A stretch of DNA of 64,000 nucleotides from an uncultured Chloroflexia bacterium (GTDB lineage Bacteria; Chloroflexota; Limnocylindria; Limnocylindrales; CSP1-4): assembly GCA_963720755.1 (NCBI GenBank), contig CAVRGP010000006.1, positions 64,001-128,000 of the forward strand, in the 5' to 3' direction. The notes beneath the pieces were generated by a model. That model did no database searches. It was not told the origin of the DNA and saw only the letters and a program-made list of their open reading frames with translations. Shown here in pieces: positions 20,540 to 28,387 of the stretch. Numbering within the stretch: position 1 is the stretch's first letter; each line of letters starts with the position of its first letter. Both the position numbers and the translations under genes were made by a program.

Positions 20540-23407
20540 CTACCAGGCGGCGAACGTCCAGATCCCCGGATCGGGCTCCGGTTCACCCTCACCGATCTCG
20601 GCGAACAGCGCGACGGCGCGCTTGAGGTGCTCCATCGACTCCTCCTGACGGCCCGAGCCATGGAGGATGTCGGCGAGGTGGTTCTCGACCGCTGCCTCAA
20701 GGTGCCGGTCACCGATCCGTCGACACGCATCGATCGCGCGGGTCGCGTCCGTTACCGCGTCGTCCGTTGCGCCGGCGGCCCCGAGCGTGAGGCTCATGGC
20801 AGCGTTCGCAGCGATCCAGGCGGTCGGGTCCGGATCGTCTGCTGCGAGCTGGAGGCTTCGCTCGAGCGCATCCCGGGCACCCGCCAGATCGCCTCGCGCC
20901 TGGGCCACCAAACCGACCAGGCGCTCCGCCCGGCCGCGCAGATGCGGATCACCGACACGATCGGCGGCGGCGAGTGCCTCGGCAGACAGCGTCGCGGCGG
21001 AATCGAGTTCGCCGGCCCGAAGCGCCACGACCGTCCTCTCGGCGAGGGCAGCCGCCCGCAGGACGTCAGGGATGGCTCCGGTCGCCAGGACCGCATCGAG
21101 GTGGCTGGCCGCTGCCATGAGATCGCCGCGACGACGATGGACGCGACCGAGGGTGATCTCGATCTCGGGCAGATCGGTCCCTTGGGCGAGGGCGGCCGCG
21201 GTCTCGAGTGCGGTGATCGCAGCCGGGTACTCCCCGAGGCGGGCGTGGAGCTCGCCGATCCTCGCATGCAGCAGCGGGCGACCGACGTAGCCGAGCGCGA
21301 TGGCCGCCGCCAGGAAGTCGATCGCCTCCTGATTGGCGAAGACCGCCTCCGCCCGGTCCGCCGCCTCGACGAATGCCTCGGCGGCTTCCTCGGGCCGCCC
21401 TGCGGCTCGTTCGTGTCGGGCGATCAGGGCGTGTCGGGCAAGATCGTCCAGGCTCGAGACACCATGGCTGAGGCGCAACGCCTCGGCGATCCGGCGATGC
21501 AGCAACCGCCGACGCGCCTGGCTGGTTGCCTCGTACACGACGTCGCGGATCCGGCCATGGGCGAAGTCGTACCGAACGGACAGCGCGGCGCCTTCAGGCA
21601 TCTCGCGAACGAGGCCGCGCCGGACGACCTCGTCCATCGCTTCCACGGTCTCCTCTTCCGACCGACCACTAGCGGCCCGGACCGTCGCGAGATCGAACGA
21701 CCGGCCGATCACGGCCGCCGCCGTGAGGATCTGCGCGGCCGTCTCACTCACGGAGCCGACCCGTTCACGCAACAGCGCGTTGATCCCTCGGGGCATCGAG
21801 CCGCTCGTGGGGTCGGCGCTGGCGAGCGCTGCGACCACATGCAGCGGCACCCCCTCCGAATCCGCGGCGAGCGCATCGATCAGGTCATCCGCTGGATCTT
21901 CGTCCGGTCGCGTCGCTCGGAGCATCGCCGCGATGTCGTTCCGTTCGAGGCGCCCGAGCGTGATGTGGGTCGAAGACGGCAGGCTGGCCAGGTCCGCTGC
22001 CGTGGCCTCGCCGCCAGCAGTCAGGTCTTCGCGTCGCCATGCGACGAGGAGGAGCATCGGGCGACCGGCCAGACGATGGGCGAGGTATTCGATCGCTTCG
22101 CGGGTCGGATCGTCCGCCAGGTGGAGGTCGTCGATCCAGATCAGCCCGGGCGTTTGCCCGCTGACGAGGACCGAGAGCGCCACCACGATCGCATCGAGCA
22201 GACGGACCTTGGCGCTGGCGCGATCGACGCTGCTCGCACCAGTCGCACCCCCGACCCGGAGCGGAGCCGGCAGACTGATCAGGCGGCCCAACTCCCCCCG
22301 GGCGGTCGGGTCGAGCGAGGCGAGCCGCTTCAGCCCATCGGGGTCGGCGATGCCCGCCTGGAGGAGCTGTGCGATCGGACCGTAGGCGATCGCGCCTTCC
22401 CCCTGGTACCCACGGGCGGCCAGCACGTTGCTGCCGCCGGCGCGGATCGTGGCCGCGGCAGCATCGCCAAGGCGGGTCTTGCCGATGCCGACCTCGCCTT
22501 CGAGCATGACGATCCGACCATCGACCACGGCTCCGTTCCATGCCGATCGGATCATCGAGAGTTCCCGCTCACGGCCGATGATCGGCGTGACAGTGGCTGC
22601 CGGGATCGCACTCCCGTCGCTGGCAACGCTCGCCTCGGCCGACGTGGCGACGACGACTCGCGATCGCTCGTCGGTCAGGCGCCCTTCGCGGACCGAGTCG
22701 TACAGCTCGCTCGTTTCCCGCAATGGGGCCACACCGAGCTCGCGGTCGAACAGGGCCACGAGCTCCCGATACTGGCGGATCGCCCCCGTCCGATCGCCGG
22801 CGAGCGCGAGTAACTCGATGAGGCGTCGCTGGCCGAGCTCGTCGAGCGGGTCGAGATCGACCCGGCGTCGGGCTGCCTCGATCGCCCCGTTGACGTCGCC
22901 GCCCGAGAAGCGGGCGGCCGCGAGCCGCTCGTAGAGGTTGCCGAACAGGCGCTCCGTCCGGGCGGCCGTGGCCGCCTGCCAATCGTCGAACGCCGGGCTG
23001 TCACGCAGCGCGAACCCCGCCAGGAACGGTCCGCGGATGAGCCCCACGGCCGACTCGAGGTCGGAGATCCGTTCGGACGTCGCGAGTCGCTCGACCGAAG
23101 ACAGATCGACATCAGTTCTCGCAACGTCGATGGCGACCCGCGTCCGCTCGATGATGAGACCAGGGTCGCCGACGGCGGACCTGAGTGCCGAAAGCGTTCG
23201 GCGTAGCGCGCCGCGGGCAGACTCATCGTCCGCATCCGGCCAGAACATCGCAGCGAGTTCGTCCCGCGCGAATGGGCGGCCCTCGGCAGCCACGAGAGCC
23301 ACGATGGCCATGGCCTTGCGGGTGTCGACCGAGATCGGACGACCATCCACGCTCACTTCCAGTGGGCCGAGGAGGCGGATGGAGAGAGTGTTCGCTCGGC
23401 GGGTCAC
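20540..23407 (-). CDS. AfsR/SARP-like regulator (wHTH-BTAD-AAA ATPase-TPR)
   Basis: IRLLGP...RDELAAMFWPD...LRRTL, BTAD DPLDE, GRERE, Walker A GEVGIGKT, IDDLHLAD, FAH and a TPR-like tail. GTG 23407 has TACCGT 6 nt upstream. Confidence 0.9.
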   Translation of the reverse strand: MTRRANTLSIRLLGPLEVSVDGRPISVDTRKAMAIVALVAAEGRPFARDELAAMFWPDADDESARGALRRTLSALRSAVGDPGLIIERTRVAIDVARTDVDLSSVERLATSERISDLESAVGLIRGPFLAGFALRDSPAFDDWQAATAARTERLFGNLYERLAAARFSGGDVNGAIEAARRRVDLDPLDELGQRRLIELLALAGDRTGAIRQYRELVALFDRELGVAPLRETSELYDSVREGRLTDERSRVVVATSAEASVASDGSAIPAATVTPIIGRERELSMIRSAWNGAVVDGRIVMLEGEVGIGKTRLGDAAAATIRAGGSNVLAARGYQGEGAIAYGPIAQLLQAGIADPDGLKRLASLDPTARGELGRLISLPAPLRVGGATGASSVDRASAKVRLLDAIVVALSVLVSGQTPGLIWIDDLHLADDPTREAIEYLAHRLAGRPMLLLVAWRREDLTAGGEATAADLASLPSSTHITLGRLERNDIAAMLRATRPDEDPADDLIDALAADSEGVPLHVVAALASADPTSGSMPRGINALLRERVGSVSETAAQILTAAAVIGRSFDLATVRAASGRSEEETVEAMDEVVRRGLVREMPEGAALSVRYDFAHGRIRDVVYEATSQARRRLLHRRIAEALRLSHGVSSLDDLARHALIARHERAAGRPEEAAEAFVEAADRAEAVFANQEAIDFLAAAIALGYVGRPLLHARIGELHARLGEYPAAITALETAAALAQGTDLPEIEITLGRVHRRRGDLMAAASHLDAVLATGAIPDVLRAAALAERTVVALRAGELDSAATLSAEALAAADRVGDPHLRGRAERLVGLVAQARGDLAGARDALERSLQLAADDPDPTAWIAANAAMSLTLGAAGATDDAVTDATRAIDACRRIGDRHLEAAVENHLADILHGSGRQEESMEHLKRAVALFAEIGEGEPEPDPGIWTFAAW

Positions 23408-23437
23408 CGCGTAACGGTACTGGACCGGTGCCAGATC

Positions 23438-23457
23438 TCGTAACGATGTCCGAACGA
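23438..23457 (+). promoter_or_regulatory. candidate operator/activator site 1 (11-bp-period direct repeat)
   Basis: TCGTAACGATGTCCGAACGA; 18/20 identical to 28356-28375. Confidence 0.6.
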
Positions 23458-23478
23458 TGGATGTGGATGATGCGCGAG

Positions 23479-23631
23479 ATGGGATCGAGTCAAGCCGCTG
23501 TGAACCCGCCGCGGGCGGCCGCCCCGCGGGCGGCCGCCCCGCGGTCATCGCCAACGCCGTCGGTCGCTCTGGCGTTCGCCGTCTCAGGCCTCGTCGTGAG
23601 GGTCGGCGCGATCCGGGCGGACCGCCGGTGA
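23479..23631 (+). CDS. putative 50-aa small protein
   Basis: ATG 7 nt after GATGAT; PRAAA repeated; hydrophobic C-terminus; TGA overlaps the GTG of the next gene. Confidence 0.35.
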   Translation: MGSSQAAVNPPRAAAPRAAAPRSSPTPSVALAFAVSGLVVRVGAIRADRR

Positions 23632-24739
23632 GCCGGGGCCGTCTCGCATGGGCGATCGCCATCGTCGACATCGTGGCGATCTTGATCGTGAGCGTGGTCG
23701 ACCCGAACCTCGACGGAGCTTCAGGCCTCCTGTATGCGGTTGGGATCGCCTCGTTCGTGCTTGTTGGAGCGTTGTTGCGCTCGCGCGTCCCCGACAATCC
23801 GATCGGCGGACTCCTGATCATCGCCGGAACCCTGCTCGTGGTGTCTGTGAGCATCGGCACCTACTCGGATCTCGCGGTCCTGCGCACTCCGCCGTGGCCC
23901 GCGGCCAGCCTCGCCCGAACGATCGGTGACGCGACGTTCATCTACCCGTTCGCGATCGCCTTCATCGGGATCCCGCTCGTGTTCCCGGACGGCCATCTGC
24001 CGTCGCCACGCTTCCGATGGGTCGCCTGGCTCGCGATCGCTGACGGGGTCGCCTGGGCTTCAGGAGCGCTCCTCTCGACGCCGACCGACGGCTTCGTCCT
24101 GATCGCAACGATCGTGAGCTTCAGCGGCGCCATGATCGCCGTCGGGCTCCGGTTCCGACATGGGAACGCCGTTGAGCGCCAGCAGGTCAAGTGGCCCCTG
24201 GCCACGGCGGGTTTGGGTGTCTTGGCCCTCGCAGGGAGCTTGTTCACGGTCGAGGTGTCCCCGGACCTCTCCAACGCCTTCGACATTGTCGGCATCCTGG
24301 TCTTCTTCGCCTTGCCGGTGGTGATCGGCACAGCCATCCTGCGCTATCGGCTGTACGAGATCGACCGGATCGTGTCCCGGACGATCGGCTATGGCCTGGT
24401 GACCGGGGTGCTGGTGATCGTCTTCGCCGGTGCGGTCATCGCCTTCGAGGCGATCCTGGCCGGGGTGACCGATACCGGTGGGGAGACCCTTGCGGTAGCC
24501 GGTTCCACGTTGCTCGCGTTCGCCCTGTTCCAGCCGTTGCGGCGGCGGGTCCAGCGGGCGGTCGATCGACGGTTCGATCGGAGCCGCTATGACGGGGAGC
24601 GGACGAGTGCCGCGTTCAGTCCGAACGCTTGCGCGATGAGGTCGACCTGGCCACGGTCACCGCCGATCTCGATGCCACCGTCCGGGGTGTCATGGCACCG
24701 ACCGCGATGAGCGTCTGGCTGCGGGGGGCGGGGCGGTGA
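23628..24739 (+). CDS. multi-TM receptor-like paralog 1 (2-nt insertion at 24621-24622)
   Basis: R.P.N.IG, FPDG.LPS.R and AILRYRLYEID. Removing CC restores LRDEVDL...SVWLRGAGR* with GTGA overlap into paralog 2. Confidence 0.8.
24333..24726 (+). repeat. conserved 3' block, copy in paralog 1
   Basis: Near-identical to 25516-25907 and 27914-28305. Confidence 0.95.
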
Positions 24740-25920
24740 GGCGGAGACGCTGGCCGTGGCTTGTCGCGCTCGTGGCAATGGCCACCTTCATCGTCGCCTC
24801 AGGGGTGGATCCGAAGCTAGATGTGAGTGCGAACGCACTCTTCTTCAGTATCGTCGTGGCCTGCGGCTTCGTCGGCGCGCTTCTGATGACCCGCGCGCCC
24901 GGCAATAGGATCGGCTCCCTGCTGCTGACCTCGGGGATCATGTTGACCGCAGGCGTGACCCTGTCGACGTACTCGGAGCTCGGGTCTGGGTCCGTGCCGA
25001 TTTGGACAGGCACCGCTGTGGCCGGCTTGCTTGCCGACACCTTCTATATCTACCCGGTGATCATTGCTCTGATCGGCATCCCGCTCATCTTCCCGGATGG
25101 CCACCTCCCGTCCCGGCGATTCCGCTGGGTCGCCTGGCTCACGATCCTGGCGATGGCCGCCATCACGATCGCGGCGGTGTTGTATCCCGGTGAGGTTGGG
25201 AAGACTGGTTTGGACAACCCCCTGGGGATCCCCGCCCTCGTGCCAGTCTTCGATGCGCTCAACAACTTCGCGGATCTCACCGCGCCCATCGGGTTCGGCG
25301 GTGCCCTGGCTGCCGTCTGGATTCGGTTCCACCGAGGTGATCCGATCATCCGCGAGCAGATCAAGTGGTTGCTGGCCACGGCCGGCGTGGCCGCAGTCGC
25401 GTTCCCGACCGCCTTCATCCTTTCCCTGGCGGCCCCCGAATTGGAGGGGTTGGCCAGCGGGCTGTTCCTGCTCGGGTTCGTGGCCATGCTGGCCCTGCCC
25501 ATCGCCATCGGCATCGCCATCCTGCGCTATCGGCTGTACGAGATCGACCGGATCGTGTCCCGGACGATCGGCTATGGCCTGGTGACCGGGGTGCTGGTGA
25601 TCGTCTTCGCCGGTGCGGTCATCGCCTTCGAGGCGATCCTGGCCGGGGTGACCGATACCGGTGGGGAGACCCTTGCGGTAGCCGGTTCCACGTTGCTCGC
25701 GTTCGCCCTGTTCCAGCCGTTGCGGCGGCGGGTCCAGCGGGCGGTCGATCGACGGTTCGATCGGAGCCGCTATGACGGGGAGCGGACGAGTGCCGCCTTC
25801 AGTGAACGCTTGCGCGATGAGGTCGACCTGGCCACCGTCACGGCCGATCTCGATGCCACCGTCCGGGGGGTCATGGCACCGACCGGGCTGAGCGTCTGGC
25901 TCCGGGGCGAGACCCGATGA
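24736..25920 (+). CDS. multi-TM receptor-like paralog 2
   Basis: Same motifs as paralog 1; ends RYDGERTSAAFSERLRDEVDL...SVWLRGETR. Confidence 0.88.
   Translation: MRRRRWPWLVALVAMATFIVASGVDPKLDVSANALFFSIVVACGFVGALLMTRAPGNRIGSLLLTSGIMLTAGVTLSTYSELGSGSVPIWTGTAVAGLLADTFYIYPVIIALIGIPLIFPDGHLPSRRFRWVAWLTILAMAAITIAAVLYPGEVGKTGLDNPLGIPALVPVFDALNNFADLTAPIGFGGALAAVWIRFHRGDPIIREQIKWLLATAGVAAVAFPTAFILSLAAPELEGLASGLFLLGFVAMLALPIAIGIAILRYRLYEIDRIVSRTIGYGLVTGVLVIVFAGAVIAFEAILAGVTDTGGETLAVAGSTLLAFALFQPLRRRVQRAVDRRFDRSRYDGERTSAAFSERLRDEVDLATVTADLDATVRGVMAPTGLSVWLRGETR
25516..25907 (+). repeat. conserved 3' block, copy in paralog 2
   Basis: 392 bp; about 14 differences from the paralog 4 copy by manual count. 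Confidence 0.95.
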
Positions 25921-27119
25921 GGGCAGGGGCGTCACGCGGAGAGGCGGCGATGGTGCGGGGTCAATCGACGGCCATCGGCGTACTGGCAGGTGGCGCCATC
26001 CTGCTGGCCACGATTGCGACGATCACGCGAATGGCGCAGGACCCGTCGACCCGGATCCTCAGCCTCGTGTTCCTCGCCGCGACAAGCGCCTACCTCATCG
26101 TCGGGTGGCTCATCATGGTGCGGCGGCCCGGCAATCGTGTGGGGCCGCTCGTTCTGGGGCTCGGCCTTCCGATCGCCGGCTACGTCACGCTGGACGCCTG
26201 GATCCGACAACCGGACACGCCGCCCGGTGTCGAAGTGGCTGCCCTGACGGTCAGCGTCCTCGACGGTCCCATGTTCCTCCTCGTGGCGATGCTCTTCCTC
26301 GTCTTCCCGGACGGGCGATTGCCCTCGCCACGGTGGCGTTGGCTGGTGGCGATCGACGCCGTGGCCGTGGCCTATCTGATCCTCGGCGTCGCGCTCCGGC
26401 CGGGACCGTTTCCCTACTACACGTGGCTGGAAAACCCGCTGTACCCACCGCCGAACGCCGTCTCGACCATGTGGGAATTGGTCTACGGCCTGGTGGTCAT
26501 CTGCGTCGGGATCGCCGCACTCTCACTCTTCGGTCGATGGCGACGTGCGGGAGTCGTGGAACGGGCGCAACTCAAGTGGGTGGCCGCCGCCGCCGCGGTC
26601 GTCGCCACGGCGATGTTCAGCTACGGGGCGGGAGCCGGACCGAGCCAGTATTCCGACGTCGGCGATCTGGCCGTCGGGCTCGCCCTGACCCTGTTCCCCA
26701 TCGCCATCGGGATCGCTGTCCTGCGCTATCGGCTGTACGAGATCGACCGGGTCATCAGCCGGACGATCGGCTGGGCCCTCGTGACGGGTGTGCTGGTGGG
26801 AGCGTTCGTCCTGCTGGTCCTCGGACTGACCAGGGTGCTGGAACCGCTCACCGGTGGCAACACCCTGGCGGTTGCCGGCTCGACCCTGATCGTGGCCGCG
26901 CTGTTCGCACCCGTCCGCCGACGCGTCCAACGCGCCGTCGACCGACAATTCGACCGGTCCCGCTACGACGGCGAGCGACTGCTGGCCGACTTCACCGAGC
27001 GTCTGCGCGATGAGGTCGACCTACCGACCATCAGTCATGAGGCGCGGGCGACGGTCGATGCGGCGGTCCGGCCGGTCAGCGTCGGGTTGTGGCTACGGGA
27101 TCCCGGGGGCGAGTCGTGA
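25917..27119 (+). CDS. multi-TM receptor-like paralog 3 (more diverged)
   Basis: RRPGNRVG, FPDGRLPSPRW, AVLRYRLYEIDR and LRDEVDL...VGLWLR; ATGA overlap. Confidence 0.88.
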   Translation: MRAGASRGEAAMVRGQSTAIGVLAGGAILLATIATITRMAQDPSTRILSLVFLAATSAYLIVGWLIMVRRPGNRVGPLVLGLGLPIAGYVTLDAWIRQPDTPPGVEVAALTVSVLDGPMFLLVAMLFLVFPDGRLPSPRWRWLVAIDAVAVAYLILGVALRPGPFPYYTWLENPLYPPPNAVSTMWELVYGLVVICVGIAALSLFGRWRRAGVVERAQLKWVAAAAAVVATAMFSYGAGAGPSQYSDVGDLAVGLALTLFPIAIGIAVLRYRLYEIDRVISRTIGWALVTGVLVGAFVLLVLGLTRVLEPLTGGNTLAVAGSTLIVAALFAPVRRRVQRAVDRQFDRSRYDGERLLADFTERLRDEVDLPTISHEARATVDAAVRPVSVGLWLRDPGGES

Positions 27120-28327
27120 GCGAGGCACGAGTCGAGACGAGGGCCGAGCGCTCCCTTGGCCTGGCCGGCCGCGTCACCCTGATCGGGCTCCTTGCCGCGG
27201 GCACGATCCTGGCGACCTTCGATCTGATCACGCTCGGGTTCTTCGTGTCGTATGCGACCGTCGGTGCCTACCTGATCTTCCGCCGGCCGCGGAACACGAT
27301 CGGCTGGCTACTGCTGGCGATCGGGTTCGGGTTCATCGGGACATCGGTGCCACCCGATCTCGATGTCGGCGCGTTGGTCCGCGGCAACGGGACAGCCCGC
27401 GATCTCCTCATCGCCTGGCTCAACGGCTGGGCAGGATCCGCCGGATTCGTCGGCTTCCTCGCCCTGATGATCCTGTTCCCGTCCGGTCGCGTGCCGTCCG
27501 GACGCTGGCACCGTCCGGCCATGGCGGTCCTGGCCATCGGGGTGATCGTCGTCGTGCTCGCAGCGACGGCACCGACGATCACGTTCAGCACTGATGGCGC
27601 GAACGACATCACCCTGAAGAACCCGGCCGCGCTGCTGCCGGGCCTGCCGATCTGGGATCTCCCACTCCTGTCGAACGGCATCGTCATCGTCATCCCGATG
27701 CTGGTCGGCGGGGTCGTCTCCATCCTGGTTCGGTATCAGCACTCGACCGGAACGCTCCGACTCCAATTGCGGTGGCTGGTGGCGGCGGCCGCGTTCATGG
27801 TCGTCGCGATCCTGTTCGGACTCGGCACGCTCGCGTTCGTGAACCGCGGAGCCGTCTTCGCCTGGATCCCGGCGGTCATCGCCTACCCGACGATCCCCAT
27901 CGCCATCGGCATCGCCGTGCTGCGCTATCGGCTGTACGAGATCGACCGGATCGTGTCCCGGACGATCGGCTATGGCCTGGTGACCGGGGTGCTGGTGATC
28001 GTCTTCGCCGGTGCGGTCATCGCCTTCGAGGCGGTCCTGGCCGGGGTGACCGATACCGGTGGGGAGACCCTTGCGGTAGCCGGCTCCACCCTGCTCGCGT
28101 TCGCCCTGTTCCAGCCGTTGCGCCGGCGGGTCCAGCGGGCGGTCGATCGACGGTTCGACCGGAGCCGCTATGACGGGGAGCGGACGAGTGCCGCGTTCAG
28201 TGAACGCTTGCGCGATGAGGTCGACCTGGCCACGGTCACCGCCGATCTCGATGCCACCGTCCGGGGGGTCATGGCACCGACCGCGATGAGCGTCTGGCTG
28301 CGGGGTGACCGAGGGAAACCCGCATGA
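27116..28327 (+). CDS. multi-TM receptor-like paralog 4
   Basis: RRPRNTIGW, FPSGRVPS.RW and the conserved C-terminal block; GTGA overlap. Confidence 0.88.
   Translation: MSEARVETRAERSLGLAGRVTLIGLLAAGTILATFDLITLGFFVSYATVGAYLIFRRPRNTIGWLLLAIGFGFIGTSVPPDLDVGALVRGNGTARDLLIAWLNGWAGSAGFVGFLALMILFPSGRVPSGRWHRPAMAVLAIGVIVVVLAATAPTITFSTDGANDITLKNPAALLPGLPIWDLPLLSNGIVIVIPMLVGGVVSILVRYQHSTGTLRLQLRWLVAAAAFMVVAILFGLGTLAFVNRGAVFAWIPAVIAYPTIPIAIGIAVLRYRLYEIDRIVSRTIGYGLVTGVLVIVFAGAVIAFEAVLAGVTDTGGETLAVAGSTLLAFALFQPLRRRVQRAVDRRFDRSRYDGERTSAAFSERLRDEVDLATVTADLDATVRGVMAPTAMSVWLRGDRGKPA
27914..28305 (+). repeat. conserved 3' block, copy in paralog 4
   Basis: 392 bp, near-identical to the copies in paralogs 1 and 2. 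Confidence 0.95.
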
Positions 28328-28355
28328 CATCACGAGTCCCGCACATCAGACGACT

Positions 28356-28375
28356 TCGTAACGATTTCCGGACGA
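28356..28375 (+). promoter_or_regulatory. candidate operator/activator site 2
   Basis: TCGTAACGATTTCCGGACGA, followed after 8 nt by CAACAT. Confidence 0.6.
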
Positions 28376-28387
28376 CCGCACCGCAAC

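Noticed and set aside
24333-28305. Diversity-generating retroelement or shufflon
   Set aside because: There is no reverse transcriptase or recombinase, the differences are not adenine-specific, and the repeats are direct and inside genes.
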